Counted from the first letter of the stretch, positions 46,430 through 56,478 are shown. The stretch is 64,000 nt of DNA from Candidatus Thermofontivivens primus (GCA_031458695.1 JAVKJW010000001.1:256001-320000); one strand, 5' to 3'. Translations and numbers: made by a program. Notes: generated by a model not told the origin, from the sequence alone.

Positions 46430-47338
46430 ATGCGGGGAGTGTGGTTCTACGATTGGTACACACCCGATACCTTCCATGCCTATCGCATCGGCCGGACCCT
46501 CGTGGACCGCAGGACGAAGTTCCAGCACGTGGTGATCCAGGAGAGCCCCTCCTTAGGGTTGTGCCTGATCCTTGACGGGAAGATCCAATCGGTCGAGGCA
46601 GATGAGTATATCTACCATGAGCTCCTTGTTCATCCCGCCATGACCACGCACCCTGCGCCACGCACGGTGCTCATCCTCGGTGGAGGGGAAGGGGCGACCC
46701 TCCGGGAGGTCCTCAAGCATCCCACTGTGGAGTCCGTGACGATGGTCGATATCGACGAGGAACTCGTTGACCTTTGCCGCACCTACCTCCCCTCCTGGCA
46801 TCAGAACAGCTTCGAGGACCCCCGTGTGAGGATGGTGTATGACGATGCCCGGAGATACCTTGCCGAGCATGAAGAACAGTACGACGTGATTATCAACGAC
46901 GTGACCGATCCCGTCTCCGATTCCGCCTCCATCCACCTGTTCACCAAGGAGTTCTTTGCCCTTCTCGCATCCCGGTTGAAAGAGGGGGGGATCGTCGTAG
47001 CCCAGGCTCTCGGCATCCGCTACGATCGGCAGGATATCCACCATGCGGCGATCCACCGAACTCTTAAGACCGCGTTCCCCATTGTGCGATCCTATGCCGA
47101 GTTCATTTTCTCGTTTGATTCCCTGTGGGGATTCGTAACGGGCTCCTCCGTGCACGATCCCCTGGCTCTCTCCTCTGGGGAGGTAGACAACCGGCTCGCC
47201 AAGCGGAACCTGCAGGGACTCCGTTTTTACGACGGCCAGACCCACATCCGGATCTTTCACCTCCCCAAAGTCCTGCGGAGGGCACTGGAGGGAGAAGAGA
47301 GAGTCATCGATGACGCTACACCTCTCACGATCTCCTGA
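46430..47338 (+). CDS. Second polyamine aminopropyltransferase (GGGEG type)
   Basis: DEYIYHELLVHPAM, ILGGGEGATLREVLKH and DVTDP. An alternative start exists at 46394. Confidence 0.88.
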   Translation: MRGVWFYDWYTPDTFHAYRIGRTLVDRRTKFQHVVIQESPSLGLCLILDGKIQSVEADEYIYHELLVHPAMTTHPAPRTVLILGGGEGATLREVLKHPTVESVTMVDIDEELVDLCRTYLPSWHQNSFEDPRVRMVYDDARRYLAEHEEQYDVIINDVTDPVSDSASIHLFTKEFFALLASRLKEGGIVVAQALGIRYDRQDIHHAAIHRTLKTAFPIVRSYAEFIFSFDSLWGFVTGSSVHDPLALSSGEVDNRLAKRNLQGLRFYDGQTHIRIFHLPKVLRRALEGEERVIDDATPLTIS

Positions 47339-47429
47339 GCCCCTCAGCCCGGATCCTTCCCTTTGGCTCCGCTTGGGGTCAGGGCGCCTTAGGCATTCCT
47401 ACGAAGGCGCCGGCCCAGGAGGAGAGGCT

Positions 47430-47888
47430 CTGCGAGGGGAAAGCAAAGGATTCCGTGGACTTGTATTCACCGCAGGAACCAGCACCCGCTCGCGTGAGGA
47501 ATTCCTCCACCTCCTGCGAGCCTTCGGGATCGAAGTTGTCGTGGACGTCCGGAGGTTCCCGACGAGCCAGCGGTTCCCCCATTTCGTCCAAGAGAATTTC
47601 CGGGCCTTCCTGGAGGAGGCGGGCATCGCCTACGTCCATCTCGGGAGGGAGCTCGGCGGATACCGGCCAGGGGGCTATGAGGCCTTCATGGAGACAAGGC
47701 TGTTTCAGGAGGGGATCCTTCGTCTGGAAGCGCTTGCACGAGAGAAGAAGGTTGTGGTGGTTTGCAGCGAGCGCTTCCCATGGCGCTGCCATCGAAGATT
47801 CATTGCCCGTGCGCTCCAGTCCCGATCCTGGGAGGTCGTCCATCTCATCGAACCTGGCCGTGTGTGGCGACCGGGCACGCATGTGTGA
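47430..47888 (+). CDS. DUF488-family protein
   Basis: VFTAG.STRS, VVDVRRFP, ELGG and CSE....CHR. Start uncertain: CTG 47430 after AGGAGG, or ATG 47310. Confidence 0.8.
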   Translation: MRGESKGFRGLVFTAGTSTRSREEFLHLLRAFGIEVVVDVRRFPTSQRFPHFVQENFRAFLEEAGIAYVHLGRELGGYRPGGYEAFMETRLFQEGILRLEALAREKKVVVVCSERFPWRCHRRFIARALQSRSWEVVHLIEPGRVWRPGTHV

Positions 47889-47997
47889 AGGCGATCAGTG
47901 ACCCTCCCTCGCCAAACTTCATTTTGGCGGGGTGAGTCCGGTGGAGGCCGACGGCCGGGAGCGAAGGGGAGACGTGAGCACAGCCGCAGGGTTGAGT

Positions 47998-49251
47998 TCA
48001 CTCCCACACCCTGCGGTCCTCGATCTTTTTGGCATCTAGTGGAATCGTCCCTGGGGGAACGATCTTGACATCTGCACGCAGCTTGAGGTTCTCACGGATG
48101 AGGAGAGCAATCTTCTCTTGCAGGGCGTGGTGGTCTGGCCCCTCATTATGTAGCTCGACCAGAAGTTCCAGCTCATCCTGATCCTTTGGTCTCGTCACCA
48201 CGAACTGATAGCGCGCCACCTCCGACACCTGGGAGAGGGCGCGGTCGGCCTCGAGGGGGTGGAGGAAGATCCCCCGCACTTTCACAGCATCCCCCACGCG
48301 TCCAATGACGCGCACGAGGCGCGGGCTCGTCCTTCCGCACGGGCAGGGATCCACGGTGAGAGAGGAGAGGTCCCCGGTGGCCATGCGAACCAGGGGGTAG
48401 ACCTTGCTGAGGAATGTCACCACAACCTCCCCCACTTGCCCCGGAGGGAGGGGAGCAGAGCTTTCCGGGTCGAGGATCTCTACCAGGACACGGCTGGATA
48501 GGTGCATCCCCATCCTCAGGGGGCACTCGTAGGCGATGAGGCCAACATCCGCCGTTCCGTATCCTTGACTGATCCGGATCCGGTATGCTTCCTCCAATCG
48601 TTTCCTCCCTGCCTCAGGGACCATCTCCCCGGTCACGAACGCAACCCTCAGGGGGGACTGTTCTGCCAATTTGTGGAGGAGGGTGGAAAGAAAGCTGAAG
48701 GTGCCAGTGAACCCGTTGGCACCGAGGTCCAGGACTGCCCTGGCCTGGATCTCGGTGTTCCCGACGCCACCGGGGATCACCACGCATCCGAGCACGCTGA
48801 GGGCCTGGTCGAGCATCTGGCCCGCCGGGGTCAGGTGATAACTGAAGGTGTTGAGGACCAGATCACCACGGCGAAACCCCGCAGCATGAAGTGCAGGGGC
48901 GAAGCCCCAGTAATCCTGCTCCGTCCCTTCGGGGTCGTAGATAGGCCCGGGGGAGACGAAGATCCGTCGGAGCTGGTCGCGGGAGACGGCCAGGAACCCG
49001 CCGAAAGGGAGGGAACGCTGTTGGATCTCCGGGAGCTGATCCTTCTTGGTCACGGGGAGGCGATGGAGGTCGTCGATGGTGCGGATCTCCTCCGGCTGGA
49101 TTCCAGCTTGGTGGAACAAGGCGTTCACTGCCGGGGCTCTCTCGTAGGCCCACTGGAGGACCTCCCGAAGCCGCGCTTCTTGGGCCGCAGCGCGTGCTTC
49201 AAGAGGAAGCGCCTCCTCCGGGTCAAACAAGACGTACGATGGGTCGGTCAT
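47998..49251 (-). CDS. Phenylacetate--CoA ligase (PaaK) family protein
   Basis: LPVTKK, IFVSPGPIYDP, YGTAD, TGDL and GRVGDAVKVRG. Confidence 0.85.
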   Translation of the reverse strand: MTDPSYVLFDPEEALPLEARAAAQEARLREVLQWAYERAPAVNALFHQAGIQPEEIRTIDDLHRLPVTKKDQLPEIQQRSLPFGGFLAVSRDQLRRIFVSPGPIYDPEGTEQDYWGFAPALHAAGFRRGDLVLNTFSYHLTPAGQMLDQALSVLGCVVIPGGVGNTEIQARAVLDLGANGFTGTFSFLSTLLHKLAEQSPLRVAFVTGEMVPEAGRKRLEEAYRIRISQGYGTADVGLIAYECPLRMGMHLSSRVLVEILDPESSAPLPPGQVGEVVVTFLSKVYPLVRMATGDLSSLTVDPCPCGRTSPRLVRVIGRVGDAVKVRGIFLHPLEADRALSQVSEVARYQFVVTRPKDQDELELLVELHNEGPDHHALQEKIALLIRENLKLRADVKIVPPGTIPLDAKKIEDRRVWE

Positions 49252-49350
49252 CCCCCCTCACCCCTTGCCCTATACAGTTCGCCGGAAGGAGTTTGACACC
49301 TCTCCAGAGTATTAAAGGATCCAAATTATGCGAACATTCCGTACCCCTCC

Positions 49351-50112
49351 ATGCTCCAGGTTGAGGATCTCCATGTGAGCTTCAAAGGAGTCCAGGCGCT
49401 GCGCGGAGTGAGCTTCTCCGTCGAACCAGGGGAGATCCTCGGGATCATCGGACCAAACGGCGCCGGAAAGACAAGCGTCCTTAACTGCATCAACGGGTTC
49501 TATCGGCCGCAACGGGGAAGAATCATCTTCCACGGTAAGGAGATCACCCACCTTCCCCCGGACGCCCGCGCGGCCATGGGGATCGCCAGGACCTTTCAGA
49601 ACATCGCCCTCTATAGGGGGATGAGCGTGCTCGACAACATCATGTCAGGACGCATCCATCACATGCGGTCCAACCTCCTTGCCTGCGGCCTTTGGTTTGG
49701 ACCGGCCCAGCGGGAGCACACCGCGCACCGTCGCGTGGTCGAGGAGATCATCGACTTCCTGGAGATCGAGGAATACCGCTACCACCCGGTGGCCGACCTC
49801 CCCTACGGGATCCAGAAGAAGGTCGAGCTGGGAAGGGCCCTGGCGATGGAACCACGGATTCTCCTGCTCGATGAGCCCATGGCTGGGATGAGCGTCGATG
49901 AGAAGATGGATATGGCCCGGTATATCCTGGAACTCAAAGAGGTGCGAGGCCTCCCTATCCTGCTTATTGAGCACGATATGGGCGTGGTTATGGACATCTC
50001 CGACCGTCTCATCGCGATGGACTACGGCGTCAAGATCGCAGAGGGACCCCCCTCGGAGATCCAGAATCATCCAGCTGTGATCCAGGCCTATCTCGGGGAG
50101 GAGGCGGGATGA
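49351..50112 (+). CDS. LivG-like ABC ATP-binding protein
   Basis: GPNGAGKT, ARTFQN, LPYG, LLLDEP and IEHDM. Confidence 0.92.
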   Translation: MLQVEDLHVSFKGVQALRGVSFSVEPGEILGIIGPNGAGKTSVLNCINGFYRPQRGRIIFHGKEITHLPPDARAAMGIARTFQNIALYRGMSVLDNIMSGRIHHMRSNLLACGLWFGPAQREHTAHRRVVEEIIDFLEIEEYRYHPVADLPYGIQKKVELGRALAMEPRILLLDEPMAGMSVDEKMDMARYILELKEVRGLPILLIEHDMGVVMDISDRLIAMDYGVKIAEGPPSEIQNHPAVIQAYLGEEAG

Positions 50113-52076
50113 CGGCCGTGCAGGCACCTGCAGAGGTGAAGCGGCGGGGCCCACGAGAACCTTTGGAGGTCTCCCCTGACCTCGATACCTTTCCCAAGCT
50201 TCTCATGCACAATGCCCAGCGCTTTGGCCATGGAAAGGTGGCTTTTCGGGAAAAGGAGATGGGGATTTGGCAGGGGATCACATGGCAAGAGTACCTAAAC
50301 CACGTGCGGACTTTCTCCCTTGGGCTTGTGGAGCTTGGCTTCCAAAAGGGGGAGGTTCTCGCCATCATCGGGGATAATCGGCCGGAGCTCTACTACGCCG
50401 CGCTGGGGGCCCAGGCTGCGGGAGGGATCTCCTACGCCCTTTATCAGGACAGCCTTGCTGAGCAGCTTGCGATCTTACTTGACTTCTCCGATGCGCGGTT
50501 TGTCTTCTGCGAGGACCAGGAGCAGGCCGACAAAGTCCTGGAGATGGAGGACCGCCTCCCCAAAATCGTCCGCATCATCGTGGACGACTGGAGGGGGATG
50601 TGGCGGTACCGCCACCCCAAGCTGATCTCCTTTCAGGAGGTGGAGCGACTGGGGGAGGAGGCATCCCGCAGGGATCCCGGGCGATTTGCGGCCATGGTCT
50701 CCCAGGGGAAGGGCGACGACGTGGCCATCTTCTGCCAGACCTCCGGGACAACCGCCCTCCCCAAGCTCGCCATGCTGACCTACAGGAACCTCCTCTCCCA
50801 GGCCTGCAACTTCCGCCAAGTCGAGGCGATCTCCGAGCGCGACGAGTTCGTCTCCTACCTGCCCTTCGCCTGGATCGGAGAGCAGATGATCTCCGTCTCC
50901 CTCCACCTCCTGGCAGGGTTTACGGTGAACTTCCCGGAGGAGCCGGAGACGGCCCAGCGCGACTTCCGGGAGATCGGACCGCACTTTACCTTTGCGCCCC
51001 CGCGCATCTGGGAAGGGATCCACTCCTCCATCATGGTCCGGATCATGGACAGTGGGTGGGTCCGGAGGCGGATCTTCGACCTCGCCATGCATCTCGGGGA
51101 GAGGTTCGTGCATATGGAGTCCGAAGGGAAGCCCCTTCCCTTTTGGCTCAAGCTCGCACGGCTCCTTTCTTACTGGCTTGTCTACCGGCCAGTCCTGGAC
51201 AAAGCAGGATTGCGGCGCATGCGCGTCGCCTGGACAGGAGGGGCTGCCCTGGGTCCTGACTACTTCAAATTCTTCCGCGCCCTCGGCCTGAACCTCAAAC
51301 AGATCTATGGACAGACGGAGATCGCTGGGATCTCCTGCGTCCACAGGGACGGGCAGGTACGCTTCTGGACCATGGGTGCGCCGCTGCCAGAGACGGAGGT
51401 GCGCACCACCCCAGAGGGTGAGATCGTCAGCCGTAGCCCGAGCGTCTTCCTGGGGTATTACAAGAACCCTGAGGCGACGATGCAGGCCCTCAGGGACGGG
51501 TGGCTTTACTCCGGGGATTACGGCGCCATCGACCCGAGTGGGGACGTGATCTGCTTCGACCGCATGGGGGATGTCATCGAGCTTTCCGACGGCTCCAAGG
51601 TGGGGCCGCAGGTGATTGAGAATATGCTGAAGTTCACTCCCTACATCCAGGAGGCCATGGTGGTGGGAGGGAAGGAGCGGCCTTACCTTGCCGCGATCCT
51701 GAACATCGACATGCGCAACGTGGGGAAGTGGGCGGAAGATCGAGGGATCGCCTACACCAGCTATACCGATCTCTCCCAGAAGCCCGAGGTGTTGGACCTC
51801 CTAGGAGGGATCGTCGCCGAGGTGAACCGGCGCCTGCGGCCGGAGTGGCGCATCCGCAGGTTCGTCTCCCTCTATAAGGAGTTCCATCCCGATGACGATG
51901 AGCTGACCAGGACCCGGAAGCTGAGGCGCCGGTTCATTGCGGAGCGGTATAAGGACCTCATCGAGGCCCTGTTCGGTGATCAAGAGACCTACCAGGCGAC
52001 CTTCACCGTGCGGTACGAGGACGGGCGTATCGGGGAGATCCGGCCCGTGTTGCTGTTGCGGAGTGTGAAGGAGTAG
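50109..52076 (+). CDS. Long-chain fatty acid--CoA ligase (AMP-binding)
   Basis: QTSGTT..PK, YGQTE, DGWLYSGD and ELTRTRKLRR. Confidence 0.9.
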   Translation: MTAVQAPAEVKRRGPREPLEVSPDLDTFPKLLMHNAQRFGHGKVAFREKEMGIWQGITWQEYLNHVRTFSLGLVELGFQKGEVLAIIGDNRPELYYAALGAQAAGGISYALYQDSLAEQLAILLDFSDARFVFCEDQEQADKVLEMEDRLPKIVRIIVDDWRGMWRYRHPKLISFQEVERLGEEASRRDPGRFAAMVSQGKGDDVAIFCQTSGTTALPKLAMLTYRNLLSQACNFRQVEAISERDEFVSYLPFAWIGEQMISVSLHLLAGFTVNFPEEPETAQRDFREIGPHFTFAPPRIWEGIHSSIMVRIMDSGWVRRRIFDLAMHLGERFVHMESEGKPLPFWLKLARLLSYWLVYRPVLDKAGLRRMRVAWTGGAALGPDYFKFFRALGLNLKQIYGQTEIAGISCVHRDGQVRFWTMGAPLPETEVRTTPEGEIVSRSPSVFLGYYKNPEATMQALRDGWLYSGDYGAIDPSGDVICFDRMGDVIELSDGSKVGPQVIENMLKFTPYIQEAMVVGGKERPYLAAILNIDMRNVGKWAEDRGIAYTSYTDLSQKPEVLDLLGGIVAEVNRRLRPEWRIRRFVSLYKEFHPDDDELTRTRKLRRRFIAERYKDLIEALFGDQETYQATFTVRYEDGRIGEIRPVLLLRSVKE

Positions 52077-52133
52077 AAGAATGGCTTCAGGGACATTGTT
52101 CCTCTTGCTTGGGCCAAGGCCTAGAGGCGGGAG

Positions 52134-53012
52134 ATGGAGTTCGTAGTCCAGTCTATGGTGATGGGGATTGCGGTAGGGAGCATCTATGCCCTCATCGCCC
52201 TTGGGTTCGCTCTTCTGTTCAAGGCTACGAAGGTCTTGAACCTCGCCCATGGGGAGCTCGTGCTCTTTGGCGGCTACCTGGCCATTGCTCTGACCGGTGT
52301 TCTCCCGTTCCCCCTGGCAGTGCTTGGGACTCTCGTCATCGCGGCGCTCCTGGGGTTCGCCGTCGAGCGGGTAATCATGCGCCCCCTGTTCGGGCAACCC
52401 CTCCTTTCGGTGATCATCGTGACCCTTGCCCTTGGCTACATCATCCGTGGGCTTATGGTGGGGATCTGGGGAGGGGATACCCGCCAGTTCCCTCCCGTTC
52501 TCCCAGCGGGCCTCATCCGCCTCGGCGGAGCGCAGGTCCCCCAGCTTGGGATCTGGAGCGCTTTGACTGCAATCCTGCTCCTTGCGGCATTTGGCCTCTT
52601 CTTCAAGATGACCTACCTAGGCATCGCCATGCGCGCAGCGGCCAATGAACAGCTCACCGCTTCCACCCTGGGCGTGAGCCTCACGCGGGTCGTGGCCTAT
52701 GCGTGGGCCTTTGCGGCCATCGCTGCTGCAATCGGAGGGGTCCTCCTCGGTCTCTGGCTCGGGGTGAACGTCGCTCTGGGCTTCGTGGGGCTGAAGGCTC
52801 TCGCCGCAGTTATCCTGGGTGGCCTCGACAGTATCCCAGGTGCGATCCTGGGTGGCTTCATCGTGGGGCTTGTAGAGAACCTCATCGGGGGATATATCGA
52901 CGCGCACATCATCTACGGGTTCAAGGATATCACCGCATTTCTGATCATCCTGGCGGTCATGATGATTCGCCCCTACGGCCTGTTTGGGACGGAGCACATT
53001 GAGCGACTCTAA
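52134..53012 (+). CDS. LivH-like ABC permease
   Basis: YALIALG, NLAHGE, GIAMRA, ILGG and RPYGLFG. Confidence 0.92.
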   Translation: MEFVVQSMVMGIAVGSIYALIALGFALLFKATKVLNLAHGELVLFGGYLAIALTGVLPFPLAVLGTLVIAALLGFAVERVIMRPLFGQPLLSVIIVTLALGYIIRGLMVGIWGGDTRQFPPVLPAGLIRLGGAQVPQLGIWSALTAILLLAAFGLFFKMTYLGIAMRAAANEQLTASTLGVSLTRVVAYAWAFAAIAAAIGGVLLGLWLGVNVALGFVGLKALAAVILGGLDSIPGAILGGFIVGLVENLIGGYIDAHIIYGFKDITAFLIILAVMMIRPYGLFGTEHIERL

Positions 53013-53013
53013 A

Positions 53014-53049
53014 GGTTCATTGCGTTGATCGGGTTCATCGGGTTCGGTG
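53014..53049. repeat. Degenerate 9-nt tandem repeat (4 units)
   Basis: GGTTCATTG CGTTGATCG GGTTCATCG GGTTCGGTG. Confidence 0.5.
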
Positions 53050-53104
53050 CGTGCGTACCCCCTCTCCCTTTGCGAGAGAGGGAATATGTGCGAGAGGGAC
53101 TGAG

Positions 53105-54148
53105 ATGGCGGCTGTGCGCCCCTGTGGGGATTATAAGGTGAGCTACGCGGCAGATATGGCCTTGCTGGATACGGCCTTCTACCGAGTTGGGTTCGCCCTC
53201 CTCGTCCCTGCCCTCGCCGCCGCTCCCTTCCTCCTTGGCCGGTACATCTTCCTGATGAACATCATCGGCATCTTCGCTATTGGTGCAACGGGCTTGGCCA
53301 TCCTCACAGGGTTTACAGGGCAGATTTCCCTGGGGCATGCTGCGTTCATGGCTGTAGGGGCCTATGTATCTGCCTTCGCATCTGAGCGGTTCGGATTTGC
53401 CTTCCCCGTGGCCATGGTGTTGGCCTGCTTGGTCGCCTTCCTGTTTGGGGCAGCCGTAGGACTTCCATCCCTGCGCATCAAGGGCCTCTACCTTGCCATC
53501 GCCACCCTTGCCTTCCAGTTCCTCATCGAGTACATGATCATCCACGCCACCGGGGGGACTGGGGCGATCCTTGTTCCGCCCGCAGGGGTGGGAGGGTTTG
53601 TTGTGGAGACGGAAGTGCAGTTCTACTATCTCCTGCTGGTCCTCTGGCTGGGGAGCGGGATCTTCGCGGCAAACATCATCCGGAGCCGGTACGGGCTTGC
53701 CTTCATGGCTGTGCGTGATCGAGACTATGCGGCGGAGGTCCTGGGGATCAATCTGCTCCGGTACAAGGTGTTAAGCTTCGGATTGGCCGCGCTTTACGCA
53801 GGCCTCGCTGGGAGCCTTTGGGCCCACTACAACAAGCTTGTTACTCCCGAGCACTTCACCATCCTGACCTCCATCGACTACATCGCGATGATCGTGATCG
53901 GCGGGATGGGAAGCATCTGGGGACCGCACCTAGGTTCAGCGTTCGTCGTCTTCCTCTCCCAGGGCCTGAAGATCCTGACCCCACTGCTCATCAAAGTCCT
54001 CCCCATGTTCGGGAAGATCGCAGTCCCTGCGCGCGAGGTCCTGTTTGGGATGGTGATCATCGGCTTGCTGATCTGGGAGCCGGGGGGCCTAGCCATGCTC
54101 CTGAGGAAGTTCAAGCGGTACCTCGACCTGTGGCCTTTTGCGTACTGA
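53105..54148 (+). CDS. LivM-like ABC permease
   Basis: GFTGQISLGHAAF, LRIKGLYLAIATL and IGGMGS. Start ATG 53105. Confidence 0.92.
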   Translation: MAAVRPCGDYKVSYAADMALLDTAFYRVGFALLVPALAAAPFLLGRYIFLMNIIGIFAIGATGLAILTGFTGQISLGHAAFMAVGAYVSAFASERFGFAFPVAMVLACLVAFLFGAAVGLPSLRIKGLYLAIATLAFQFLIEYMIIHATGGTGAILVPPAGVGGFVVETEVQFYYLLLVLWLGSGIFAANIIRSRYGLAFMAVRDRDYAAEVLGINLLRYKVLSFGLAALYAGLAGSLWAHYNKLVTPEHFTILTSIDYIAMIVIGGMGSIWGPHLGSAFVVFLSQGLKILTPLLIKVLPMFGKIAVPAREVLFGMVIIGLLIWEPGGLAMLLRKFKRYLDLWPFAY

Positions 54149-54172
54149 AGGAAGCCGGGAGGGAAGGAATGC

Positions 54173-54958
54173 TCAAGCCAACCAGCGCTTGCGGCGTTTG
54201 TAACTTTTGATCTCGTTGAACCTTCGCCTCCCCTCCTTGCTGATGCCCAAATAGAACTCCCGCACGTCCGCGTCCTCCCTGAGCTTTTCCGTAGGCCCAT
54301 CCAAGACGATCTTCCCTGTCTCCATGACGTAGCCATAGCTGGCTAGCTCCAATGCCATCCTCGCGTTCTGCTCCACGATGAGGATGGTAATCCCCTCCTC
54401 CTCGTTGAGGCGCCGGATCAGTGCGAAGATCTCCCTGGCGAAGAGAGGAGCGAGGCCGAGGGAGGGTTCGTCGAGGAGGAGCAGCTTCGGCCGGGCCATG
54501 AGGGCGCACCCGATGGCAAGCATCTGTTGCTCGCCGCCGCTGAGGTAGCCTGCTCGGATGTGGCGGCGTTCCTTCAGCCTTGGGAAGTAATGATAGACCA
54601 GATCGAGCCTTTCGCGGGCGCCGCGGGGGTGGAGGGAGGCGCCGACGAGGAGGTTCTCCTCCACCCCCAACTCTTCAAACAGGCGCCTCCCCTCCCGGAC
54701 CATAATGATGCCCCGGCGGGCGATTTCCTCCGGGAACCGGTTCTCGATTCGTTCCCCCTCGAACTCAATAGTTCCCCTCGTGACCTCCCCGCGCTCCAGC
54801 TTGATGAGGCCTGAGATCGCCTTGAGGGTCGTCGTCTTCCCTGCACCGTTTGCTCCGACAATGGCCGTGATCCGTCCTGGGGGGACAATCAGGGAGATCC
54901 CCTTGAGCACCAGGATCGTTCCCCAGAACATCACCTCAATGTTGTTCACGCTGAGCAT
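54173..54958 (-). CDS. LivF-like ABC ATP-binding protein
   Basis: GANGAGKTT, LSGGEQQM, DEPSLGLAP and VEQN. Confidence 0.93.
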   Translation of the reverse strand: MLSVNNIEVMFWGTILVLKGISLIVPPGRITAIVGANGAGKTTTLKAISGLIKLERGEVTRGTIEFEGERIENRFPEEIARRGIIMVREGRRLFEELGVEENLLVGASLHPRGARERLDLVYHYFPRLKERRHIRAGYLSGGEQQMLAIGCALMARPKLLLLDEPSLGLAPLFAREIFALIRRLNEEEGITILIVEQNARMALELASYGYVMETGKIVLDGPTEKLREDADVREFYLGISKEGRRRFNEIKSYKRRKRWLA

Positions 54959-54966
54959 AGGAACGC

Positions 54967-56241
54967 TTAGAACCCTAGCCAGTTCGGCCTCCGCTCTACA
55001 CTGATGGAAGAGTTCAGGGTGATCCTCCCCTTCTTGATCACGAAGATCCGCGTCGTCGTGGAGGGCCGGTGATCGTCAGCGGTAATACTGATCCGTGGCG
55101 CGAGCCCTTCGGGATCCCACCCGCGGATGCTCTCCAGGGCCGCCTTAATCGCCGGGCCGGTGATCCCTCCATAGGTCCGCGTATAGGTGTCGTAGTTCTC
55201 CACGATGATCTCTAGCGCCCGTTTCAGGAGGTAGACGTTCATCCACCCCCGGATGTAAGAGGCGATGAAAGGCGTCTGCGTCGTCCCCCACTGGAAGTTC
55301 GGCTCTTTCCCGTAGAACCGGCGCAGGGCGTCGAACATCTTCTTCATCCCGGGGACCGGCTCCCCATAGTAGGCGTGCGGCGTGTTCCCGTACACGCCCT
55401 CGGCGGCGGCTCCTGCGAGCTTGAGGAGGTTCTCGTCATATCCCCACACGTTCACTCCAAAGCGCGTGCGCAGCCCCAGGGCTTTGGCGTCCCGGATGAT
55501 CACTGCCGTGGAGTTGGTCGTCCCGCCGATCCAGGCGAAGTCCGCTCCAAAGGACTTGACACCGAGCAATTGGGAGCGGGCCTCCAGGGCGGTGAGGGCC
55601 ACGATTTGATCCGGCCCGATCTCGAAGCCTAGCTCTTTCGCGTACTCCTTTCCTGCGGGGATAGGGGCGCGGCCGTAGGGGACGTCCGGGTAGATGAACA
55701 CAATCTTAGGGTTCTTGACCCCCTCCTTCTCGGCAAGGCCCTTGAAGAACTTGAGCATGCCGCGGAGTTGGTCGGAGTAGCTCGTGATAGGGTAAAAGTT
55801 GTAGGGAGCTTTCTTCGGGTCGTCCAGGTGGGAAGAGTAGCTCGCTGAGATATAAGGGATCCGGTCCTTGGCTACCTCGCGTGTGAGTGCCTCGGTGTCC
55901 CCGGTCCCCCATCCAATGATGGCGGTGACACGGTCGACGTCCCGGTACTTCCGATAGAGGGCCACAGCTTCAGGGATCTTGTACCCGTAATCAGACCAGA
56001 CGAAATCAAGCTTGACCTTCCCACGGATCCCGCCTTCGATCTCGTTGATGTACCGGATGTGGTCGAGTGCCCCCTTGCTGTAATCCACACCTACGTCGGA
56101 GGTGGGGCCGCTGGTATCGAAGATCCCTCCGATCTTCACGCTTGATGGAATGGCCTGCTGTGCGTGGAGCTGGTTGCCCCCCAACAGAAACGCAACACCG
56201 AGGGCAAGGAGTGTCACCCATCGCTTCACCCAATGGTCCAT
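54967..56241 (-). CDS. LivK-like ABC substrate-binding protein
   Basis: Signal peptide, D.SGPT...G and GWGTGDT. Start ATG 56241. Confidence 0.88.
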   Translation of the reverse strand: MDHWVKRWVTLLALGVAFLLGGNQLHAQQAIPSSVKIGGIFDTSGPTSDVGVDYSKGALDHIRYINEIEGGIRGKVKLDFVWSDYGYKIPEAVALYRKYRDVDRVTAIIGWGTGDTEALTREVAKDRIPYISASYSSHLDDPKKAPYNFYPITSYSDQLRGMLKFFKGLAEKEGVKNPKIVFIYPDVPYGRAPIPAGKEYAKELGFEIGPDQIVALTALEARSQLLGVKSFGADFAWIGGTTNSTAVIIRDAKALGLRTRFGVNVWGYDENLLKLAGAAAEGVYGNTPHAYYGEPVPGMKKMFDALRRFYGKEPNFQWGTTQTPFIASYIRGWMNVYLLKRALEIIVENYDTYTRTYGGITGPAIKAALESIRGWDPEGLAPRISITADDHRPSTTTRIFVIKKGRITLNSSISVERRPNWLGF

Positions 56242-56478
56242 GGTTTCCCCCCTCTGCGAGTTGACTGACCCCGCGTTCGGCTTTGGCGGAGATTTGAAAG
56301 CTTGCATTCGACATCCTTTGGCGCTTCCCCTTCACACAGCGTGTCTGAGCCTGGGTCCACCTTTCACTTCCAGTGCCTCGGCTTCGACCTACCCCTCCGC
56401 CGCTTGCAAGGGAAGTTCCTGGGAAGCGGAGGACAGCAGTTTCGGAATCGCCTGACTGGTGAGGCGTAGCGACCGAGA

